Origin: Parasphingorhabdus sp.
Lineage (GTDB): Bacteria; Pseudomonadota; Gammaproteobacteria; Arenicellales; CAJQKF01
Length of the DNA: 64,000 nucleotides
NCBI GenBank assembly: GCA_047615875.1
Contig: JBLHGU010000003.1
Coordinates: 8,476 to 72,475, forward strand
Reading direction: 5' to 3'
The notes below the pieces were generated by a model, which did not search any database, was not told where the DNA came from, and saw nothing but the letters and a program-made list of their open reading frames with translations. This document shows positions 9,368-18,362 of the stretch, one piece after another. A program made the translations under genes and the position numbers. The first letter of the stretch is position 1; every line of letters starts with the position of its first letter.

Positions 9368-10351
9368 TTAGACCACACACCGATGAAAATTTTCTGTTGA
9401 GAGGTTGAAACTTTCAATCATTTCATTTACCAACTCGCTAAGCTCAACCGGGCCTGCTACGTAAATATCTCGATCCTGGCGAAAAAACCCTGTCATCAAT
9501 TCCATAGTCTCCGGCGCAGGGCTCTGCCCACTCATGGCAACACATTGAATACGATGCAGGGTGAAATTGTCCAGCGCGTCATCCCACATTCGCATGTGAT
9601 TATCCATATAGTGGATTTGCTCGGGCTGCTCAAGCCAAACGAGATCAATGGGAATCTCAGGTGTGAGAGACAAAGAATGCTCAATAATGCTTTTTAAAGG
9701 CGGAAAGCCGAAAGCCGAACCTATCATCAAACGTGGACGAGTAGAGTTCTGGTTTAATACGAAATCTCCATATGGCCCCTGCAATGTTAGTGTCATACCT
9801 TTGCTGGAGCTTAGCAGCTGACTTGCGCTCAGACATTCATCAGTTTGTAGTGGCAGGTGGAACTGTAGGTTTCTATCATCACAGGGGCAGCTAGCTATAG
9901 GCAGACGAAAGGCAAACTGTTTGCCATCACTGACTTCAGCCCACTGGCCAGCAAGGAAGCGTAATCTATGTGTGCGAGGCGTCTGCACATCCAGCGTCGC
10001 GACCTGCTCGTTGATTTGATTTACTTTTCTAACTTTCACTGCGATCTCTTGTAACGGGATTTCTTCGCTGCCACCCGCTGTTGCCGCTTCAATTTGCAGA
10101 TCTGAGTTAGCACTGTGGGTGCATAGCAGAAATCGACCTTTAGCTTTTTCCGAAGAGGCAAATACATGATCCGAATGCCTTAGTTGTCGCAATTCACCAC
10201 TTTTTAACCAACCAGCACAATCGCCGCAGTTACCGTTACTGCATCCGTAACTTACTGGAATGCCCGCATTTAAGGCACTATCTAACAGACTTTCTGAGCC
10301 ATGATTTTCAAACTCATAGTCGGTATCCTTTATTTTGATTCGGAAGCTCAT
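9368..10351 (-). CDS. 2Fe-2S ferredoxin fused to a ferredoxin-NAD(P) reductase-like domain
   Basis: 327 aa. Plant-type cluster spacing C-x4-C-x2-C...C (YGCSNGNCGDCAG...LLCTH), then an FNR-like beta-barrel/Rossmann region. The flavin/NAD motifs look degenerate by eye. Confidence 0.7.
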   Translation of the reverse strand: MSFRIKIKDTDYEFENHGSESLLDSALNAGIPVSYGCSNGNCGDCAGWLKSGELRQLRHSDHVFASSEKAKGRFLLCTHSANSDLQIEAATAGGSEEIPLQEIAVKVRKVNQINEQVATLDVQTPRTHRLRFLAGQWAEVSDGKQFAFRLPIASCPCDDRNLQFHLPLQTDECLSASQLLSSSKGMTLTLQGPYGDFVLNQNSTRPRLMIGSAFGFPPLKSIIEHSLSLTPEIPIDLVWLEQPEQIHYMDNHMRMWDDALDNFTLHRIQCVAMSGQSPAPETMELMTGFFRQDRDIYVAGPVELSELVNEMIESFNLSTENFHRCVV

Positions 10352-10493
10352 ATAGTGGGTATTTTATTCCAGCAACGATAATTTGATACAAGTTTTGTGC
10401 CTGTAAAGATAAATCGTTTCTATCGATCGCATCGATGGATATCGAGATCCTTGGTGTAAACTGCGCGCTTTCTAGTTCTTCAAATTATTATCA

Positions 10494-11540
10494 ATGCGTC
10501 CATCAAGAATCAAACGAATCCTTGAACACGAGTATCAGGGTCTTGAACCAGGTTTTCACACCCCAGTTATGCTGTGGGGTCCGCCTGGTGTAGGTAAGTC
10601 GCAGATTGTTGCCCAGGTAGCACGAGACTACGATGTTCCTCTGATTGATATTCGGTTGTCGCAACTAGAGCCAAGTGATCTGCGTGGCATACCGTTCCGG
10701 TCTGGTGAGCAGGTTGAATGGGCGGTACCTTCCATGTTGCCAGATGTAGAGCGTCACGGTCCTAATGGTATCTTGTTTCTGGATGAAATTACCTCCGCAC
10801 CGCCCAGTGTATCCGCGGCTGCCTATCAATTGATTCTGGACCGTCGCCTTGGAGATTATCAGGTGCCGGAACACTGGGCCATTTTTGCTGCGGGTAATCG
10901 ACAGGGCGATCGAGGTGTAACCTACACCATGCCAGCGCCGTTATCGAACCGATTCTCGCATTATGAGGTGGATGTCAATTTGGATGACTGGGTGGGCTGG
11001 GCCTATTCACAGAACATTGATGAACGGGTCATAGCGTTTCTGCGTTTTCGACCTGGTCTTCTATTTGATTTTGACCCGGCTTTAAATCCTGTTGCTTTCC
11101 CGTCGCCGCGTTCCTGGGAGTTTGCTCACCGCGCGATGCAAAAATTTTCTGGTAATGCGCAGCTATTGCTGGGCTCTCTGCAGGCCTGTGTGGGTGCTGC
11201 AGCTGGTATAGAGTTGGATGCTTTTGTCAGGAATCTGGATCAGTTGCCGGATATTGATGCCATTATAAACGGCCAGGATATCGGTGTGCCCCAGGACCTG
11301 GATTTACAATATGCCGTGGCCGCCGCATTGGTTGGGCGTGCCATTAAGTATCGAGAGCAGAGTAATTCAGACCAGGTGCTTGGTAATATTCTGGCTTATG
11401 CCGGTCGTTTTCCACAGAAGGAAATGGGTGTCATGCTGGTTTCTGATCTGCATCAGGCAGTCGGTTCTAATCTATTCGCGTTGCCACAATTCTCTGACTG
11501 GGCTGGATTGGTGGCTGATGTGATGTTGGTGTCAGATTAG
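10494..11540 (+). CDS. MoxR-like AAA+ ATPase (AAA_5 type)
   Basis: Walker A is LWGPPGVGKSQ and Walker B is ILFLDEIT. The sensor region is AAGNRQGDRGVTYTMPAPLSNRF, typical of the MoxR/CbbQ/NorQ clade. Confidence 0.85.
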   Translation: MRPSRIKRILEHEYQGLEPGFHTPVMLWGPPGVGKSQIVAQVARDYDVPLIDIRLSQLEPSDLRGIPFRSGEQVEWAVPSMLPDVERHGPNGILFLDEITSAPPSVSAAAYQLILDRRLGDYQVPEHWAIFAAGNRQGDRGVTYTMPAPLSNRFSHYEVDVNLDDWVGWAYSQNIDERVIAFLRFRPGLLFDFDPALNPVAFPSPRSWEFAHRAMQKFSGNAQLLLGSLQACVGAAAGIELDAFVRNLDQLPDIDAIINGQDIGVPQDLDLQYAVAAALVGRAIKYREQSNSDQVLGNILAYAGRFPQKEMGVMLVSDLHQAVGSNLFALPQFSDWAGLVADVMLVSD

Positions 11541-11598
11541 TAGCTCCCTCATTGACGCAGCCTCACGTCGTTTATCAGCGGCGGGAACTCGTCTGATA

Positions 11599-12753
11599 TT
11601 GGATCGCCCATTTCTTGGCGCATTGGCATTGCGCTTGCCGTCTCGGCCAGCTGCTAATTGGTGCAAGACAGTCGCGACAGATGCAAAGGCACTCTACTAC
11701 AATCCCGCCTATATCCTGGATCTTTCGATTAGCCAGGTAGAAGCTGTTATGGCTCACGAGGCCTTGCATTGTGCACTCGCTCACTTCTCACGACGCCAGC
11801 ACCGCAATAAGGCCCGTTGGGATCTGGCCTGTGATTTCGCCATTAATTCAATTATTGTCCAGGAGGGTATGATGCTGCCGCCCAATGCGCTGCACATGCC
11901 TGACTTCGATGGTATGAGCGCGGAAGAGATTTATCCGATGCTGGATGACAATCCGGATCAGGAACCTCAGGATCAGCATGTTTATGATCAGGATGGTTAC
12001 TCACAAGGTTCCAGTAGTCAGTCTTCCGGAGGCAGTGGGCAGTCTGCGAGCGACTCAAGCGCCAATGGTAGGGCTGACAGTGAATCCGACGAAGGTTTCG
12101 CTATGCCACCACCTCTCAACGTCGAAGAAAAAGAGACGATGTCTACGCAATGGCAGCAGCGTATGGCGGGTGCCGCTCAGCAAGCTCAGCAGTCCGGCAA
12201 ACTCAGTGCAGAAATGGCACGCATGGTAGATTTATTATTGCAAAGCCAGGTGCCCTGGCGTTCTTTGTTAGCACGTTACATGAGTATGCGTGGTCGTAAT
12301 GATTTCAATTACCACCGACCCTCACGACGGGAAGGCGAAGCGATTTTCCCCAGCCTGCGCAGTGCTGAGGTGAATGTTACCATTGCGATTGATACCAGTG
12401 GGTCCATTTCAGAATCTGAAATGCAGGAATTCATCACAGAAGTTGATGCATTGAAAGGGCAGGTCAAGGCCCGTATTACGTTGCTTGCCTGTGATTGTGA
12501 ATTGCATGCCGAGTCACCCTGGCGATATGAGCCCTGGGACGAGATGCAGGTGCCCGATGTGAAGGGCGGCGGCGGTACCAGTTTTATACCGGTTTTTAGC
12601 TGGTGCGCTAGTCAGGATATGGCACCTGATACGCTAATTTATTTCACCGATGCTGAAGGAGAATTCCCGGCTCAGGTGCCACATTTCCCCGTGATTTGGC
12701 TGGTAAAAGGCAAGCAACCAGTACCCTTCGGCGACAGAATTCAATTGAACTAA
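11599..12753 (+). CDS. HExxH metallopeptidase-like + VWA (MIDAS) domain protein, DUF2201-like partner of the MoxR ATPase
   Basis: HEALHCALAH is the HExxH motif. An acidic/Ser-rich linker follows, then IAIDTSGSIS (a DxSxS MIDAS motif). The frame is open from 11524 and encodes conserved-looking residues upstream of the TTG at 11599, so the true start may be earlier (see finding). Confidence 0.8.
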   Translation: MDRPFLGALALRLPSRPAANWCKTVATDAKALYYNPAYILDLSISQVEAVMAHEALHCALAHFSRRQHRNKARWDLACDFAINSIIVQEGMMLPPNALHMPDFDGMSAEEIYPMLDDNPDQEPQDQHVYDQDGYSQGSSSQSSGGSGQSASDSSANGRADSESDEGFAMPPPLNVEEKETMSTQWQQRMAGAAQQAQQSGKLSAEMARMVDLLLQSQVPWRSLLARYMSMRGRNDFNYHRPSRREGEAIFPSLRSAEVNVTIAIDTSGSISESEMQEFITEVDALKGQVKARITLLACDCELHAESPWRYEPWDEMQVPDVKGGGGTSFIPVFSWCASQDMAPDTLIYFTDAEGEFPAQVPHFPVIWLVKGKQPVPFGDRIQLN

Positions 12754-12760
12754 GCTCAGG

Positions 12761-14639
12761 TTACTCTTGCGGAAAACCGGCTTTTCTAAAGGCGTTTAAC
12801 ACCCGATCGTTGTCAACTTTATGTTGGTAAGGAGTATTGCGGAGTTTTGCCAGAGTGAAATCTGGTGCAATTTCCAGAGATTCTTTAACCAATTGCCTGG
12901 CTTCGTCGAGTCGATTTAGATGTACCAGCGAGAAAATCATAATGCGCCGAATAGACAAAGAATTTTTATATACCGTAAGTGCCTGTTCAGCCTCGACTAG
13001 TGATATTTCGTAGTTTCCAGCTAAAGCGTGAATAAATGAAGATGTCCAATAATAAAACGGTTGAAAGAGTGGGTTAAGTTGCTTGGCTCTTGCTATCCAT
13101 TTCAAACCTTCTTCACTACGACCCATAAATGCCAGTACCTGGGCTAAAGTAATTTGAATTTCTGAATCATTCGGATTCAGCTCAACTGCCCGCTGACATT
13201 CGGACAGAGCCAGTTCATGTTTTCTATCTGCATACAGGTGGATAGAGCACAATGTGTTATGCACGCGATAGTCTGTTGGATCTAGTTCAACAGCGCGTTG
13301 TGCCGATTCGCGTCCCCGTTTGAGTGCATGATCAGCATCCGCTGTTAAATTCAGACGCCAGGACTGAACATAACGAAAAGCTAGTAAGGCGTGTGCTATA
13401 GCGAACTCTGGTTCCAGTGCAACTGCTCGCTCCAGTCTTGCCAGCGACTTGCGCATTTCCTCCTTACCATGTTTGTATTTTGATGCTATTAGATAAAGAT
13501 CATAGGCCTCCAGACTATCATCATCAGTCAGACGCAATGCCTGAGACCTGACCTTATTAAACATAACCGGAGCTAATGTACTTGTTATTCGATTGCTTAT
13601 ATCAATCTGTAAGTCGATAACCCCCTTCAGATCAACACTAAAATTGTCTGCCCAGATGTTTGAGCCATTCTTACTGTCAGTAAGTTGTGCGCTGATTTGC
13701 AGTGAGTTACTGGATTGCTGGTATGTACCCTGAAGAATATATTGAACTCCCAATTGTTCGCCGACCTGCGCAACTTTGATAGCCTGGTCTTTAAACTGGA
13801 AAGACGAATGACTGGATACGACAAACAACTCAGGAAAACGCGAAAGATTGGTAATAATGGCATTGGTAAACCCATCGACTTTATAGGTCAACTCCGAATT
13901 GTTGCCGAGATCCTGAAATGGCAGCACCGCAATGGACGGTTTTTTTGGTAGTGAAGAGTGAGATCGTTGCTGCAGACTCCATAAAGTTGCCCCAGCGATA
14001 ATTATCAGTACTAGCGCTGCCAAACCTATAATAACCCGTGTAGAAACCTCTGAAATCAGCTTGCCAATGGCACTAGCAGATTGACTCTGTGGCTCGAGGG
14101 CGGGGATACACTCGCCGGGATTGAGTTCTACACTATAGCAGCGCACCAATTGATCAAAACCTTTGAGTTCGCATTCTCCTAGATCTGTATAGGTAATTGG
14201 AAAACGTTTTGGTACGGTGTCATAGGCTGCACTTTGCAGGCACACACCTCCTACACGCAAGTTGTTCGAGTCGCTGCGCAAGTACAACACCATCGCTGGT
14301 GACTGTGTTATCCGCAATAACCACCTCACCCATGGCAACACCAATTCTCAGTACTGCGAGAAGATCATCTCCAAGACTGCTATTGTGGGCTGTATTGCTT
14401 TGCTGAAATGCAAGAGCCGCGCATACCGCATCGGAGGCACGAGAGAATTCAGCTACCAGCGCATCACCTCTTATTTCGTGAGTAATACCGCCGTAGGATG
14501 ATATCGTGATTGCTAGTCTGTCGAATGCATCACGCATGCGCTGGTGAGCAAGGGTTTCATTCTGACGACCAAGAACGGTAGATCCAACAATGTCCGCATG
14601 CATGATGACGGCCAATTTCCCACTGGGTACTTGTGTCAT
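12761..14639 (-). pseudogene. Class III nucleotidyl cyclase - TM - COG5616/TolB-N-like - TPR signalling protein, split by one frameshift
   Basis: ORF 14220..14639 carries the cyclase N-terminal part (IMHADIVGST...RGDALVAEF...RIGVAMGEVV...LAQRLEQLA). ORF 12761..14344 resumes in another frame with GGVCLQSAAYDTVPKRFP, collinear with the intact paralogs at 42900 and 49059. The junction is near 14253-14258. Confidence 0.8.
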
Positions 14640-14739
14640 AGACCGGTCCTGTTTGTATAAACTCAGCAGAATTTGTGTGGATTAACCAGATTCGCCAGAA
14701 AATTTTAAGAGCTTGTGTAAAAGTCTGAGTACAGGTTAC

Positions 14740-15195
14740 TCAATAGCGAGGCAATTCGTCTTTGATTAGATCAAGATTCATAATGCTCTCTGCACAATAT
14801 ATGTGCTTTTGTGGACTCCATGTTTTGGTGGTTGCGACTTCCTGATCATCGAACAAAGAGGGAAATGTTCCGCATAAATCAGTTTGTTTGTTGTCTTTAT
14901 TGAATTGCAGATAGTTATACACTTTGCTTCCGCAGCGACTGCAAAAATATCTTTTAAAATATTTTCTGGCGGTGGGTTCTTTGGTGTACCAGTTCAGTAA
15001 CGTGGAGCCAGCATCAATTTGGAAGTGTGCCTGCTCTACATAAACATATTGGTAAATAGGCGCTGCATGGGCTTGCCGGCACCCCCTGCAATGACAAAAG
15101 CCTGCCAGGAATGGACGGGTGTCCGAGGCTATGGAAAATTGAACAGACCCACAATAGCAACTACCGGTAATATTCTGTTCGGTTTTTTGTAGCAT
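14740..15195 (-). CDS. GFA (glutathione-dependent formaldehyde-activating / CENP-V-like) family protein
   Basis: CYCGSVQF...CHCRGCRQ...FCSRCGS is the Zn-binding Cys pattern of the GFA family. Confidence 0.8.
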   Translation of the reverse strand: MLQKTEQNITGSCYCGSVQFSIASDTRPFLAGFCHCRGCRQAHAAPIYQYVYVEQAHFQIDAGSTLLNWYTKEPTARKYFKRYFCSRCGSKVYNYLQFNKDNKQTDLCGTFPSLFDDQEVATTKTWSPQKHIYCAESIMNLDLIKDELPRY

Positions 15196-15306
15196 AAAGG
15201 CAACCCCTGGTTTCAGTGGGTAACATTATGGACTAATTGCCCCAAACTGCCGAGGATATTGACCTGGGCTGCCTGTACAAATAAATTCGCATCGGTGACG
15301 CAATCC

Positions 15307-16149
15307 TTATTGTTGCGGCAGGCAGCACTTTTTGAATTTTTTTCCACTACCACAGGGACAGAGATCATTTCGTCCTACCTTTGGTTTATCCCGAACGATA
15401 GTTACGGGAGTGGTGGTAGATACCTGCTGGGTTAGTTCAGGATAGATCGGTTGAATCTGGACTGGCTCGGGCTGGTCAGCTAATTCCATGGGTGCCACTG
15501 TAATGGAGTCGTCTTTTATCGAATTCACGTTATCAGAACTTGCTTCTTTTGGGCTTTTGGTATCGGTGATCGGTTCTACGACTACCCTGTTTTGTTCGTT
15601 TATAGCGGACTCAATATTTAACTCAGGTTTCTGTGTATTTACAAACTCATCGGACGATTCTGTCGCCCAGTCTTCGAGTTCATCGTTGTTATTCAAGTGC
15701 TGATAAACCGCAGTAATCAGTTCTACGATCTGGCTCGGAGTGCATGACGATGTTGGGTCAGATGGTTGATCTGTATTACTATTTACTATCGATTTTAATA
15801 ACGCTAACGTGGCCCTGGCGTGGGGTTGACTGTTACAGGCCGCAGTCCATTGCTGGTGGTTGAAATTGACAGCCTGCAAGTAGCCTTCCATCCAGCGTTG
15901 TGGTTGAACTGATAGGGGTGCTAATGCATCGGTGCGAAATTGACCAACCATCATTAGTTCAGAAAACTGATCAATAGTTTCAAGTATCCGGTCGTCTATA
16001 TTTGTTTGGGCTGCGATTTCCAGGTCCAACGAATCTATGTCCGGCTCATTAATTGTTGCCTCAGCTGTTAACAAGCCATGTAAGTAGGCTGGGTCAATTG
16101 CGGATTGATGTTCTAACTGCGTTAGTAATTCGGCGAAATGGCGGGTCAA
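15307..16149 (-). CDS. YecA-like protein (UPF0149 N-terminal domain + C-terminal SEC-C metal-binding motif)
   Basis: The C-terminus reads [18 protein letters not shown] (SEC-C motif). A long acidic, low-complexity middle region is present. Confidence 0.7.
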   Translation of the reverse strand: MTRHFAELLTQLEHQSAIDPAYLHGLLTAEATINEPDIDSLDLEIAAQTNIDDRILETIDQFSELMMVGQFRTDALAPLSVQPQRWMEGYLQAVNFNHQQWTAACNSQPHARATLALLKSIVNSNTDQPSDPTSSCTPSQIVELITAVYQHLNNNDELEDWATESSDEFVNTQKPELNIESAINEQNRVVVEPITDTKSPKEASSDNVNSIKDDSITVAPMELADQPEPVQIQPIYPELTQQVSTTTPVTIVRDKPKVGRNDLCPCGSGKKFKKCCLPQQ

Positions 16150-16589
16150 AGAATACCTCCCTGATGGGCAATCAGAGTGTCAAAATAGGCAGAGCATTAT
16201 AAAGTGATGATTAATATCTTTGGCGTAATAGATTGTAAAAGATCGTTCTTGTATCACGATTAGGGCGTAAAAGTAGTCTATTAGCTCCAAACAGCGCCAT
16301 GTTTAGCCGGGAATCAGAAATATCAACGGTTTATACTCAGCCATTGTCAGCCCGGTTCGGGTTCTATGCCAGCGCAGCGGGCTCTGATGTAGAGTGTCAG
16401 GCAAGCTTGCGGGCAACACTTTCCAGTGTTTGTGCCGTAGCGAGAAGCTGACTGGACACAGTCATCACTACTATTGCCATATTAAATGCAGGATTTTATC
16501 CACTTTAAACAGGCCTCATCACTAGGTTTCGCACACTTAACTACGTTAACTATTTTATTTCGAGTTTGTTCAATACGACTATTTGATAG

Positions 16590-17015
16590 TCAGAAACCAG
16601 CATCTTTAAGTAATTGCTGCGCTTTCAGATCGTCTTTTTCTACCAACGTACCTTCCTGATACATCATGGCGAGGGTGGTTTTCGAACCAGCTAGTCCCTG
16701 TTCCGAGGCCTTGGTAAACCATTCAACGGCTCGCGCACCATTTTGTTCGACACACTCACCATCCATGTACATAAACCCAAGGCCATGTTGGGCCAATGCA
16801 TGATTAGATTGTGCAGCGGTTTTCATCCAGTGGAATGCTCTAAGTTCATTTCTAACCACACCGAGACCGTTCTGCAACATAATGGCAAGGCGATATTGTG
16901 CTTCTGATTCTCCAGCTTCGGCGAGGGGCTGTAATAATCTCATGGCCTGGGTAAAGTGCTTTGACTCAAATGCAGAGATGCCACTTACAAGATCAATTTC
17001 GGTGTTATCAGTCAT
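16590..17015 (-). CDS. Sel1-like (SLR) repeat protein
   Basis: Repeated A.Y.LA.M...G.GV..N...A..W..KAA motifs (AQYRLAIMLQNGLGV, AQHGLGFMYMDGECV, TLAMMYQEGTLV). Confidence 0.75.
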   Translation of the reverse strand: MTDNTEIDLVSGISAFESKHFTQAMRLLQPLAEAGESEAQYRLAIMLQNGLGVVRNELRAFHWMKTAAQSNHALAQHGLGFMYMDGECVEQNGARAVEWFTKASEQGLAGSKTTLAMMYQEGTLVEKDDLKAQQLLKDAGF

Positions 17016-17254
17016 GTTTATATTTCATTATAGTGTGGGTGCACGAGTATTTCTTAGAGAGAGCTAAGGCTGCTATTCCCCCAATGGAGATAGACAATTT
17101 GGGTAGTCGGGATATTTCATGCGTTGTAGGGTGACAAAAGTGTGTATGGGTTGTTATAAGAGAGTAGCCCGACAGGTCTTGCTCACCCATCGGCCGAGAT
17201 TGCTAGTTTTTTGCTAGCAATACTAAATCGAAATAATTAACTCTTCTTCCTGCC

Positions 17255-18361
17255 ATGATAAATCCCAGTACTGTTAATGATGATATGCGTTCCTATATTC
17301 AGAGAGTCGCAACCGGGCCAGAACTAAGCAAGTCTCTTAGTCGAGCTGAGGCCAAACAGGGCATGCGACATATCCTGGAGCAAGCTGCAGATCCGGTACA
17401 GGCTGCTATTTACCTGATTGGATTGCGTATGAAACGAGAGACTGACGATGAGAACGCTGGGATACTGGATGCTTTACTAACCTCAGTAAAACACCATTCT
17501 GTTAATGTTGATCATCTGATCGAAATAGCCGACCCCTATGATGGATTTGTGCGTGGCACTCCCGCCTCTAGTTTTCTGCCAGCTGTGCTGGCTGCTTTGG
17601 GTGTTCCTGCTGTAATAACCGGTGCCTATGCTGTAGGACCAAAGTACGGTGTTACTCATAACATGATTCTGGCAGCCGCGGGTATTGATGTTAGTAAATC
17701 ACCATCAGATGTGGCTGGTCAGGTAGAAGCCTTTGGATGGGGTTATGTCGATCAAGCGCAGTTTATTCCTGATCTTTCCCAATTGTTAGAGCTTCGCACG
17801 CGCATGGTTAAGCGCACGGTAATTACCACGCTTGAGGTATTGCTGCACCCGATTCAGGCCAGAGCAACTCACCTGATGACGGGCTATGTGCATAAACCCT
17901 ATCCACCACGCTATCTACGTTTGGCCCGACAAGCTGGTTACGCTTCAGCTATGATTGTTCGTGGCGTTGAAGGCGGTGTAGTTCCCTCATTGAGTCAACC
18001 TTCTAAATACCATCGATTTATGCTTGATGGCCTGGATGAGGAAGTACGTCTTGATCCTGCCGAATTAACAATAGAACAACGTGCACGTATCCAGCCTTTA
18101 CCCGAGAACGCAGATCATCGCGAACCTGAAGGGCAACCATTCGCGAGTATAAATTCCGAAGCGGTTGCACGTCACGGGGCCAATCTGGGAATGAAGGCGC
18201 TTCAGAATCAGCAAGGTGCTTTTCGGGATAGCCTCATATATGGAGCATCAATCTGCTTGCACCATCTCGGTCGCACATCAAACTTCGCTCTTGCAGCGTC
18301 TGAAGTTCGTAAGGTTTTAGATAATGGATCCGCCTGGGAAAGATTTCAGGACGCACTGTAG
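17255..18361 (+). CDS. Anthranilate phosphoribosyltransferase-family protein (TrpD2/YbiB-like)
   Basis: 368 aa. The N-terminal helical bundle (QAAIYLIGLRMKRET) and the glycosyl-transferase family 3 layout are visible. The call is tentative, from motif memory only. Confidence 0.55.
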   Translation: MINPSTVNDDMRSYIQRVATGPELSKSLSRAEAKQGMRHILEQAADPVQAAIYLIGLRMKRETDDENAGILDALLTSVKHHSVNVDHLIEIADPYDGFVRGTPASSFLPAVLAALGVPAVITGAYAVGPKYGVTHNMILAAAGIDVSKSPSDVAGQVEAFGWGYVDQAQFIPDLSQLLELRTRMVKRTVITTLEVLLHPIQARATHLMTGYVHKPYPPRYLRLARQAGYASAMIVRGVEGGVVPSLSQPSKYHRFMLDGLDEEVRLDPAELTIEQRARIQPLPENADHREPEGQPFASINSEAVARHGANLGMKALQNQQGAFRDSLIYGASICLHHLGRTSNFALAASEVRKVLDNGSAWERFQDAL

Positions 18362-18362
18362 T

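Noticed and set aside
10494-12753. The MoxR/VWA pair as the RubisCO activase CbbQ/CbbO, given that prk/cbbR are in the window.
   Set aside because: The ATPase is ~80 aa longer than CbbQ as I recall it. The partner is 384 aa with an HExxH motif, whereas CbbO is ~750 aa with no peptidase motif. No RubisCO genes are adjacent.
17190-17215. The hairpin attgctag-ttttttg-ctagcaat (8-bp stem, 7-nt loop) in the Sel1<>trpD2-like intergenic, considered as a terminator.
   Set aside because: It sits between divergent gene starts, not after a gene end, and lacks a U-tract on either strand. It may be an operator, but I have no supporting evidence.
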